Assembly: GCF_006345805.1 (NCBI RefSeq)
Contig: NC_042998.1
Coordinates: 52,018,001 to 52,082,000, forward strand
Reading direction: 5' to 3'
Origin: Octopus sinensis
Lineage: Eukaryota
DNA: 64,000 nucleotides
Of this stretch, positions 12,959 through 23,735 are shown piece after piece (positions within the stretch are counted from its first letter, which is position 1; each line of letters opens with the position of its first letter). The translations under genes and the position numbers were made by a program. The notes beneath the pieces were generated by a model. It did no database searches. It saw nothing but the letters and a program-made list of their open reading frames with translations, and was not told the DNA's origin.

Positions 12959-13590
12959 TAGAAATATTAAAATTACTAAGTCTCTCTAAAGGAGATTACG
13001 GCAGCGTTACTGGATATTAATAGTTATCGCCATACTAATATGGCAGTCTATAAATATAAGACTAAAGCTGTCGCTGATTAGCTCCAAGAGGCCACCGCCT
13101 CTAGCTAGCTATACGACACACGAACCTGCGTCCATTACAACCTTCGAACAGGGGAGGTCAGCCGCTTCACCTTGCTAGTCAGACATCTGCAGACATGTTT
13201 CAGGATTGTTGCCCTTTATCAATGCAGCGTAGTCAGAACCAGCAGGTGTCGCTACTGACCGTCTGTTTGAAGATTTTATTTACCTAGTTACAGTGGAACA
13301 CACCCACTTGTTTTCAATAATAGAAATATTAAAATTACTAAGTCTCTCTAAAGGAGATTACGGCAGCATTACTGGATATTAATAGTTATCGCCATACTAA
13401 TATGGCAGTCTATAAATAAGACTAAAGCTGTCACTGATTAGCTTCAAGAGGCCATCACCTTTAGCTAGGTGAAGCGGCTGACCTCCCCTGTTCGAAGACC
13501 TCTAGAGGCGATGGCCTCTTTGAGCTAATCAGTGACAGCTTTAGTCTTATTTATAGACTGCCATATTAGTATGGCGATAACTATTAATAC
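12959..13590. mobile_element. Penelope-type pseudo-LTR remnant with direct and inverted segments
   Basis: About 145 bp direct repeat (12959, 13320) plus inverted copies (13467-13497, 13500-13590); contains a degenerate HHR; flanked by (TA)n. Confidence 0.6.
13187..13227 (-). ncRNA. Degenerate minimal type I hammerhead ribozyme
   Basis: CTGCA-TTGATAA-AGG/CCT-GAAA-CAT-GTC-TGCAG; all stems intact, core has C3U and G8A. Confidence 0.5.
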
Positions 13591-13611
13591 ATATATATAT
13601 ATATATCTGAT

Positions 13612-14015
13612 CGTGGCCGTCCGCCAGCCTCATCTGGCACCTGTGTCGGTGGCACATAAAAACACCATCCGAGCGTGGCCGTCTGCCAGCCTCGTCTGGC
13701 ACCTGTGTCGGTGGCACATAAAAACACCATCCGAGCGTGGCCGTCTGCCAGCCTCGTCTGGCACCTGTGTCGGTGGCACATAAAAACACCATCCGAGCGT
13801 GGCCGTTCGCCAGCCTCGTCTGGCACCTGTGTCGGTGGCACATAAAATCACCCACTACACTCTCGGAGTGGTTGGCGTTAGGAAGGGCATCCAGCTGTAG
13901 AAACACTGCCAGATCTGACTGGCCTGGTGCAGCCTTCGGGCTCCCCAGACCCCAGTTGAACCGTCCAACCCATGCTAGCATGGAAAACGGACGCTAAATG
14001 ATGATGATGATGATG
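13612..14015 (+). mobile_element. RTE 3' UTR with about 3.8 near-perfect 62-bp tandem units
   Basis: Units start at 13612, 13674, 13736, 13798; canonical tail and (TGA)n follow. Confidence 0.85.
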
Positions 14016-14018
14016 ATG

Positions 14019-14070
<52 letters not shown>

Positions 14071-14260
14071 ATACTAAGCAATTAAGGGTTTAGCAACGAA
14101 TTGCCTCACCACACACCGAATTTAGAAATAGCAGTCAAAGAGTTATAGCTATTCTTTCTACTAAAAGGGAGATCTCAGTAAAAACACAGCACTTGAAAGG
14201 CAAACACAGACAGGTAAGAAAGAATGAAATGACGGCAATCTATCATACAATTTTAAGTTA

Positions 14261-14352
14261 CCTACGGACGTACGTTTCGAAATCAAGTTTTAGGAAAGCA
14301 TAAGAATTAGAAAATTCTACCTTACCCAAACTTCTTTTCTCATCAGCGTAGG
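14261..14352 (-). ncRNA. Type I hammerhead ribozyme, intact core, long stem II
   Basis: CCTACG-CTGATGA-[61 nt stem II closed by GAAA/TTTC]-GAAA-C-GTAC-GTC-CGTAGG. Confidence 0.85.
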
Positions 14353-14478
14353 ATACTATAATTATGAATAATTGTATATTAAATTTTGAGATACTAGAAA
14401 GCATTATCTCAACATTATCTCAACTCGAGCCAAAGCGAGTGTCAGAGCGAGTATGTATATATATATATATACATACAT

Positions 14479-14509
<31 letters not shown>

Positions 14510-14528
14510 CATACATACATACATACAT

Positions 14529-14586
<58 letters not shown>

Positions 14587-15174
14587 GATGGTGTTATTTC
14601 AGTTTCTGTCTACCAAATCCATTCACAGGCTTCGGTCAGCCTGAGAATATAGTAGAAGACACTTGCCCAAGGTGTCATGCAGTAGGACTGAACTCAGAAT
14701 CATATGGTGAGGAAGCAAGCTTCTTACCACACAGCCATGCCAGTGTCTATAAATATATATATAATCTTTTCTACTATAGGCACAAGGCCCGGAATATTTA
14801 GTGAGTGGGGGTCAGTTAATTAGATCGACCCCAGTATGCAACTGCTACTTAATTTATGGAACCTGAAAAGATGTAAGCAAAGTCGACTTTGGCAGAATTT
14901 GAACTCAGAACGAAATGACAGACCAAATACCTATTTCTTTACTACCCACAAGGGGCTAAACACAGAGAGGACAGACAAATGGATTAAGTTGATTATATCG
15001 ACCCCAGTGCATAACTGGTAGTAATTTAATCGACCCTAAAAGGATGAAAGGCAAAGTCGACCTTGGTGGAATTTGAACTCAGAATGTAGCGGCAGACGAA
15101 ATACCGCTAAGCATTTCGCCCGGCATGCTAACGTTTCTGCCAGCTCGCCACCTTGAAAAAAATATATATACTGG

Positions 15175-15469
15175 TGTAGTGGCAAAGTGGTCAATATGAA
15201 GTCACATGGTCAGTCGTTATAGGAATTCAATTGTAGTAGAGTCATTGTATGAGTTCTCAGTTGGAGTCAGTGTTAGTTACCTTATATATAAGAGTTTGAG
15301 TTAATGTCTAGGTAGATGTTTCAATGTCATTGTCTTGCAGAGTACCAGCAAAGGCATAATAGATGAGTCAAAGATAATAAGTGGAATACTGCCACAACAT
15401 AAATGTGGTGACACGAATATTACGATGCCGACAGCAACATACGAGTGAATGAGGATCCACATCATAACA
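15175..15469 (+). repeat. Gypsy 5' LTR (TG...CA)
   Basis: TGTAGTG...CATCATAACA, homologous to 19827-20152, with an internal deletion. Confidence 0.8.
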
Positions 15470-15719
15470 GTGGCGACATGGACATAAACAATTCAAGTGA
15501 ACAACGTTGGAAAAAAAAAATTGTTTTTTCATGGGAAAACAATTTAAGCAGATGACATTGATAAAAAACAGAGGAGTAACAAATAATTTTGTTGTACATA
15601 TTTTACAAAAAATTTGTAAAATTATGGAAAATTCGTTAGAGATTCTAGTTGAGTTGCAAAAACAACAAACAGTAACAATTCAAAGAACAACAACAAATGT
15701 TACATCAACAAATGCTACA

Positions 15720-18700
15720 ACTAATGAAGTTGGTAACAAAACCAGAAAATACGTTTTCAGCAGATGATGTGGCAAATTCAATAAATGAATTTAGATATGA
15801 AACATAAGAAGGAGTCATTTTTGAGGCATATTGTAGAAGATTTGAACAAATTTTCGAAAAAGAATGCCAAGACTGGATAGACGAAATGAAAACATCTGTT
15901 CTGATGAAACTGTAACTTTATATTGCCTAAAAATGTTTCTGACGTAAATTTCATGGACACAATTGACATTTTATGTAGAATGCTTAGTGATAAAACATAG
16001 CACATTGGAAGTGTTTGAACACTGAGAAAGTGATGATGAAGACTTTACCACATGTGTGGGTAGAGCGAACAGAGAGTGCAAGAGATTTAAACTGGATAAA
16101 CTAAATCCAGACTCATTCAGGTGCCTGAATTTTGTTCAGGGACTTACTGCTAAAAAGGACATAGAAGTCAGAACAAAAATTCTCGCAAAGTTGGAAATGA
16201 CCCCGGATATAATCTCCAGAAGCTGTCAGAAGCGTGCGATATGATATTAAAAGTAAGGCACAACACAGAAGAAATCCAACGCAGAGATTGTTTACAGATA
16301 AAATCAGTGTAGAAGAGTCGGAAGATGGATTAAGTGTTTCACAAAAAATACGATATACAACAGGAGATAAACCTATGTAGGCACCCGAGAAAAGAGTGTC
16401 GATTCAAAGAAGCAAAGTGTTTTCATTGTGGGAACACAGGTCACATTAAATCGCACTGCAGAACTAAGACAGAAAATTGGACCAGACAAGAAAAAATAAA
16501 TAGTTTGTCATCAGAGAAAAAAGTTTATATACAACGAACAGAAAATTTGTCAAAGTGGAAATTGAAACTGTCAAAATGCAATTAGAAACGGGTAGTGCTA
16601 TTAGTATCATAAATGAAGAAACATGGCGACAAATTGGTGAGCCAAAATTATTTAAATCAAATAAAGTAGTATATTGTGTTACAGAAAAGAAACTATATTC
16701 CATTGGTGAATGTATTTGCAATGTAACTTTCTGAAGTGAAACAAAAGGACAATCATTTATGTGTTGGAAAAATCACTAAACCTATTTGGCGCAGAGTGCA
16801 TGGAGTTATTTAAAATGTGGGATACTCCCATTAGTGTTCTCTGTGAAAATGTAGTCGGTATGGTTAAAAGTTCGAATGAAGGTGAACAAAAGAGACAAAA
16901 AATTTTTAAATTGTTTCCAAGTGTTTTTTTTTTGGGGGGGGGGGGGAAGGATTAGGCTGTTGCACTAAAACAAAAATGAAGATTGCAGTAAAAGAAAAGG
17001 TAACACCTGCTTTTAGGCCCAAATGAAACATACCATTTGCAGTGTTAGATCATGTCAATAAAGAGCTGGAAAGACTAGATAGTCTAGATATAATTGAAAA
17101 AGTTGACCATTCAGACTGGGCAGCTCTGACAGTATGTGTAAAGAAACAAAAAAAAAAAAACTAAGAGTGTGTGTGGACTTTTCAACTGGATTAAATGACT
17201 GCTTAGTCAAACACAATTATCCATTACCAAGCCCAGAAGAAGTGTTCTCAAAACTAAATGGAAGAAAAATGTTTTCAAAGTTAGTCCTCTCAGAGGCCTA
17301 TCTACAGATACAGGTGGAGGAAGATGGTGCACATCTTTTAACAATCAACACACATCGTGGATTATATAAATTCAAGTGGCTTCGTTTTGGAGTAAAAGTG
17401 GCACTTGCCATATTCCAACAAGTGATGGATGCAATGTTAATTGATTGTGATTTCGTTATTGCTTATCTTGATATTTTGATAAAGAGTGAGTCAGTGGAGC
17501 AACACTTTGAACATATTAAAAAAGTATTTGAAAAAATAAATGAATACAGGTTTAAACTAACAGAGAAAAAGTGTGAGTTTTTATGAAAAAAATCAAATAT
17601 TTAGGTCAAGAAATTGATTAAAGGGGATAAAGGCCAGACCCATCAAGGGTGATGGCAATATAGAATATGCCTCCCCCAACAAATGTCAAATTGTTATGAG
17701 TATTTTTAGGATTGGTAAACTACTATCAAGGATATATCCCGGACATACACAACACAAGGGCTCTACTAAATGAGCTGTTAAAAAGGATGCCAAATGGTTT
17801 TAGTCAGAAAAATGCCGGAAGGCATTTGAGGAACTAAAAAGCATGTTAAATTCAGATTTGTCACTTAAACACTTTTATCTGAAGTTGGAAATGATGCTGG
17901 CAACAGATGCTAGTGAGTACAGGGTAGGTGCCATACTCCTACACAAATGTGAAGATGGCAGCCAAAAGGCCATAGCTCATGCAACCAGTGGGAAAAAAAT
18001 TATAGCCAAATTGAAAAAGGGGTACTGGTGATTATATTTGGCATAAAAAAGTTTCACAGGTTTATACATGGTTGACAGATTATACTACAAACAGACCATC
18101 ACCCATTGCTAACGATTTATGGATCCAAGAGAGGAATCCTAGTACATACAGCAAACAGGTTCCAGCGATGGGGTACCATACTACTAAACAATGAATACAC
18201 AATGGAATATTTACCTTTGAAAAAGCTAGGACATGCTGACAGCCTATCCAGATTAATACCCAAAAATGGCAAACCATTTGAGGACACAGTAATAACAGCC
18301 CTAAAATCTGAAGGGGAAATTAAACACATAATGTGAAACATTGTTCGAGAGTTACCAGTAATTCTGGAGGAGATAAAGTGAAACGCATCAAAAGATAAGT
18401 TCATTAATGAAACAGAAAAACTATGTGGTCAGCTAAAGAAAATGAAAGTAGGTTTGGTAAGAAAAAACAGCAACAGGTAAATATAAATTCAATATATGAT
18501 GGTATACTGAAAGAATTCCATATTGGACATCTGGGGATCGAAAGGATGAAAGCACTCATGTGCAGTTATGTGTATTGGCTGAAGATGGACAAGGAAGTTG
18601 AAAACATAGTAAAAGCTGTGGAGGATGTGCTCTGGCTGTGAAATTGCCTACTAAAAAATGGGAGTCCTAGCCAAAAGTAAAAAGTCCATGGTTGAGACTA

Positions 18701-19400
18701 CATACTGATTTTCCAGGTCTGTTAAATGGTTATTACTCATTTCTTTATTGCCCACAAGGGGCTAAACATAGAGAGGACAAACAAGGACAGACAAAGGGAT
18801 CAAGTTAATTACATCGATCCAGTGCGTAACTGGTACTTAATTTATTGACCCCGAAGGGATAAAAGGCGAAGTCGACCTCGGTGGAATTTGAACTCAGAAT
18901 GTAATGGCAGACAAAATACTGCTAAGCTTTTCGCCTGGCATGATAACATTTCTGCCAGCTCGCTGCCTTAAATGGTTATTACTACTCAGTTGCAGTTGAC
19001 AGTTTTACAAAATGGCCAGAAATTGTTAAGTGCAAAAAACCAACCTCTAAAACAGTAATAAATTTTTTGCACGAATTATTCACAAGATTTGGCCTCGTAG
19101 ACATGATTGTATCTGATTAATGGAACACAATTTGTGTCTAGTGAATTTAGAAAATTCTGTGAAATGTTCAAGGTAGAACATAAAATGATAATGCCTTTCC
19201 ATTCCAAATCAAATGGACAGACAGAGCATTTTGTGGACATTTTTAAAAGAGCTTTGAGAAAAGCAAACAAGAAAGTTACAGATGAAGTCACTGTACAGCA
19301 ATTCCTAAGAGTGTATGGGGTGACATCTGAATACACCAGCAGGAAGGTTCATGAGGAAGGTGAAATCAGTTTTTGATAAACTGGCAAGGAAAGAAAAAAT
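15720..19400 (+). pseudogene. gag-pol pseudogene of the Gypsy element
   Basis: Multiple stops and frameshifts; RT motif reduced to YLD. Confidence 0.85.
18739..18968 (-). mobile_element. SINE family A inserted in the Gypsy integrase
   Basis: TSD TTAAATGGTTATTACT on both sides. Confidence 0.9.
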
Positions 19401-19826
19401 ACCAGGAAAGACAACCAAAAATTTTTCAAAATTGGTGATAAGGTGTACATGAGTTTATACAAAAATGGAAAACAATACTGGGAAGAATGAAAAATTACAA
19501 AGTACATAGGAAAAAATGATGTATGGAATTAAAACAGAAAAGGTATTGAAAAAGACACAAAAACCAATTGAAGAAGATATTCATAGAAAATGAACCAGAC
19601 AGATTAGAAGAACCTGCAGAAAAGCTTTGACACATTCCAGGTACCAACACTGTTATAGGTGGTTGAACCCATGCATACAAGTGGGAAAAAAGGAAGAACA
19701 TAGAGTTCCTACAAATAGATACCAAAAGAAAAAATATTAAGTTGGAAAAAATCAGTAAAAAGAGAGGAGGGGTGAATAAACTAAAATAGAATTACTTGCT
19801 TACCCCCACAAAAAAAATTAAAGAGA

Positions 19827-20150
19827 TGTAGTGAAAATGGCACTCTCCTTCCCATGTGACAAAGTGGTATGAACCAACCACTATAAAGTCAGACAGTGAG
19901 TTGTAGGAGGTCAGTAGTAGTAGAGTTGTTGTACAAGTTCTCAGAGTCAGCGTCAGTTTCATGATATATATGAATTTGAGTTACTGTCAAGGTAGACATT
20001 TCAAAGTCATTGTCTTGTGGAGCTATCAGCAATAGCACAATAGACAAGTCAAAGATAATATGTGGAATACCACCAGCACAACATAATTGTAGTGACACAA
20101 ATATTACAGTGCTGACAATAACATACAAATAGACGAGGACCACATTATAA

Positions 20151-20152
<2 letters not shown>
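19827..20152 (+). repeat. Gypsy 3' LTR
   Basis: TGTAGTG...CATTATAACA; purine-rich tracts upstream. Confidence 0.8.
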
Positions 20153-20190
<38 letters not shown>

Positions 20191-20284
20191 CATACACACA
20201 CATGTGCACACAACACACACACACACACATGAGTAAGCACATAACTGTAACACAAGGGGGAAAATACCTAAGATTGATTAATAT

Positions 20285-20397
20285 GCTGCAAAATCTTCAC
20301 AAAACTCTTCCATTTGTTGGATATTTGCGATAGGTACAGTTGCCTGACATACAGGAATGTGAAACTCTGAGTAACAGTTTTGTGAAGATTTTGCAGC
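20285..20397. repeat. Perfect 22-bp inverted repeat with 69-nt spacer
   Basis: GCTGCAAAATCTTCACAAAACT / AGTTTTGTGAAGATTTTGCAGC. Confidence 0.9.
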
Positions 20398-21091
20398 TTT
20401 AATAAAAGTGTATATATATTTTTATGTTATACAAAGGAAGATGGTAGGGAATATAATTTTTGTATGACTTAATGGATTGGTCACTGTTTAGTTACATATT
20501 TTGCAGTAGGTTGTAATTTACTTTTTGAATTTATTTACTGATGCGGTTGTACATAGGGTAAATGTATTTGAAAGTTGTGGTTTCTTTGGTATGTCTGTTC
20601 CCAAACAACACTTATTTTAGTGCTGTTGACACCACCAGATTGAATGGTACTGCCCAGGGGTCGAAACCATAATGATATCTGTGGGGCAGCTGATGATGGA
20701 AGTATGCTGGGTTGTTGGTATTGCTGTTTCTGTATCTGTTGGATAGTATTACATCACATCCTTTTGATATATATATATATATAATCAGCCGAAATTACTA
20801 CGATGATCCGGTTCTTGACTGAAGACTGAGGGCTTCGAATGTCCTGTCTGTGTTTGTTGTATCGTCTTCTAAGTGTTATGCGTTCTTGTCACAGTTTGTA
20901 TTTTTCTACATATCATAATATATATATATATATATACATATATATAAAATCCTCATCATCATCATTTAACGTCTGCTTTCCAGGCTAGCATGGGTTGGAC
21001 GATTTGACTGAGGACTGGCGAACCAGATGACTGCACTAGGCTCCAATCTGATCTGGCAGAGTTTCTATAGCTCTCTCTCTCTCTCTCTCTC

Positions 21092-21161
<70 letters not shown>

Positions 21162-21977
21162 TGTATGTATTATGTATGTATGTATGTATATATGTGTGTG
21201 TGTGTGTGTGCATGTGTATATGTGTGTATGTATCTGTGTATCTGTGTATGTATCTATTTGACAACCTTCTTCACAGGTTACACCTGCCAAAGCCCCTTCA
21301 CATGGTTTTCATCAATCTCAGTCTATGGCAAAAATATTCTTGTCCCATGTGCAGTGCTGTGACACTTAAACTGAGAAACATGGTTATGAATCAAACTTCT
21401 TCACCAGACATGCATGTCGTCACCAAGTAATCCTCTGTGCATTTCCTGAATAAGAATTCAGACAAAATGAAAAAAACATCTAAAGAGTTATACTTTATAT
21501 TTGTGTTTTTTTTTATATTAGTCTGGCTTCCATTATACCTCTTATCTTCTTGTAACCAAAGCAAGTTCTTTAATTAATGTCAATAACCTTGTATAAAGAA
21601 AAGAAACATTGAGAAACGTGTAACTGGAAGACAATTCTTGATGAGATTTAACAGAGTAATTTTAGCTGGCTGGATGAAGAGGAATAACAAGAACAAGAAC
21701 ATCAACAACAACAACAACAACAATAATGATAAAGATAACGGTTTCAAATTTTGGCACAAGGCTAGCAAGTTCAGGGGAGTGGTAAGTCAATTACATTAAC
21801 CCCAGTGCACAGCTGGTACTTATTTTATTGATGCCAAAAGAACAAAAAGGCAAAATCGACCTTGGTAGAATTTGAACTCAGAATGTAAGGATGGATGAAA
21901 TGCTGCTAAGTGTTTTTCCCGGCATGCTAATGATTCTGCCAGCTCACTGCCCTAATAACACCACCACCACCACCACC

Positions 21978-22009
<32 letters not shown>

Positions 22010-22394
22010 CAATAACAACAACAACGACGACGATGATGATAATAACAATAGTTGATTACATTGACCCCAGAGTTTCACTGATACTTAATTTATGAATTTA
22101 TGAACCCTGAAAGGATGAATGGTAAAGTCATCTCAGTGGAATTTGAACCCAGAATGCAGCACCAGGCGAAATACCGGTAGATGAAGAAAGTAGTGAAAAA
22201 GCCTATAAACAGTGTTTGAAGTGTGAGTATATGCATGTGTAAGAGGGGTATGTTTGTGTGTGCGTGTGAGTGTACACTGGAAATGGGATGGCAATGTTCA
22301 ACGTTGAAAATGTGTGATTATATGTGTGTAAGTGTTTGCATGTACAAGAAAACTGTGAAACTATGTAAAGTAAATATAATAAAAAGTAATCCAG

Positions 22395-22580
22395 AATCCT
22401 TGTCTGGTATCAGATCGATCTCAAAATCTAATCAGTTTGTGTCAGTCACAAGGCCAAACATCCCTGAAAGTTTCATCTGAATCCATCCAGCAGTTCTTGA
22501 GATATCTTGTCCATATTAAACAAACAAAAAAATAAATATGACTGAAAATAATACCTCCACCATTGCTAAGTGGAGGTATT
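22395..22580 (+). mobile_element. Helentron/HINE-like non-autonomous element 3' end (duplicated at about 24555-24740)
   Basis: AAAGTTTCATCTGAATCCATCCAGCAGTTCTTGAGATAT core, (CAAA)n, terminal hairpin TACCTCCAC...GTGGAGGTA. Confidence 0.5.
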
Positions 22581-22584
22581 AATA

Positions 22585-23115
22585 ATAATAATACTGCCCT
22601 GATGCAGTACCAGGCAGTGGCTCTCATGGCTTCTGAACTTAACTGATTGGAAGTGTTATCATGTACATGTTTTGTCTTGGTATAAAAGATGAGCTACAGC
22701 AAATATTCTGCTCAATACCAGATTTGCTTGTCAGTTGTTTGACCTTAACCAGTTGAGCATGTCCCTTGGTGGCTGACAATATGTGCATCTTTGATCACGA
22801 GCAGAAGTAGTGGGGGAGCATCATAGCTGTGTGTTGAGAGGAATTCTTTGGAGTTTGGATAATTCACCATTGGAAACGAGGGTATTTCGTTCAATATCCT
22901 TAAACAACCCTTATTCAGAGACCTTTTGAGTGGGATAGGCTACTCGACCTGAAGAAAATTGTAAACGGGCCCCAGCTGCAACGTCATGCACTATTTATCT
23001 TATCAGAATTTATTTACCCTTATCAGATGGGTAATCATGATGGGTATACTGGGCTTCGTTAAAGTGACACCTGAGTGTCACTTTGATGGCATGCACTGCT
23101 CTCTCACTCTATAAT
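22585..23115. repeat. Unclassified interspersed repeat flanked by (TAA)n; fragment also at 6270-6375
   Basis: 6270-6375 matches the reverse complement of 22755-22855. Confidence 0.55.
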
Positions 23116-23124
23116 AATAATCCT

Positions 23125-23735
23125 TTCTTTTATAGGCATAAAGCTTAAAATTTAAGAGGAAGGGGCCAGTTGATTAGATCGACACCAGTGCACAACTGGT
23201 ACTTAATTTATCAACCTTGAAAGGATGAAAGGCAAAGTCAACTTTGGTGGAATTTGAACTCAGAACATAGTAGCAGATGAAATTCCACTACACATTTTTC
23301 CCGGTATGCTAACAATTCTTATTTCTTTATTGCCCACAAGGGGCTACACACAGAGGGGACAAACAAGGACAAACAAAGGAATTAAGTCGATTACATCGAC
23401 CCCAGTGTGTAGCTGGTACTTAATTTAACGACCCCAAAAAAATGAAAGGCAAAGTCGACCTCGGCGGAATTTGAACTCAGAACGTAAAGACAGGCGAAAT
23501 ACCTATTTCTTTACTACCCACAAGGGACTAAACACAGAGAGGACAAACAAGGACAGACAAACGGATTAAGTCGATTATATCGACCCCAGTGCATAACTGG
23601 TACTTATTTAATCGACCTGAAACTGAAAGGCAAAGTTGACCTTGGCAGATTTTGAACTCAGAGCGTAGCGGCAGATGAAATACCGCTAAGCATTTCATCC
23701 GCTGTGCTAACAATTCTGCCAGATCACAGCCTTAC
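23125..23735 (-). mobile_element. Composite SINE-A (dimer joined to or inserted in an older monomer)
   Basis: Three B-box/Meta units; TGCTAACAATTCT repeated at 23307-23319 and 23705-23717. Confidence 0.8.

Larger units (their letters stand above)
15175..20152 (+). mobile_element. Ty3/Gypsy LTR retrotransposon, full structure, decayed
   Basis: Gag CCHC (CFHCGNTGHIKSHC), protease LETGS, RT LRVCVDFSTGLN, RNase H LATDASEY, integrase GHLGIERMKAL and NGTQFVSSEF; TGGCGAC PBS at 15471. Confidence 0.92.

Noticed and set aside
20530-20750. Minus-strand Q-rich open frame (TIQQIQKQQYQQPSILPSS...)
   Set aside because: No start codon, no good acceptor and no recognisable homology
20785-20850. GAAA and CTGAAGA words in the repeat shared with 32257-32390
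   Set aside because: I could not fold stems I and II around the core
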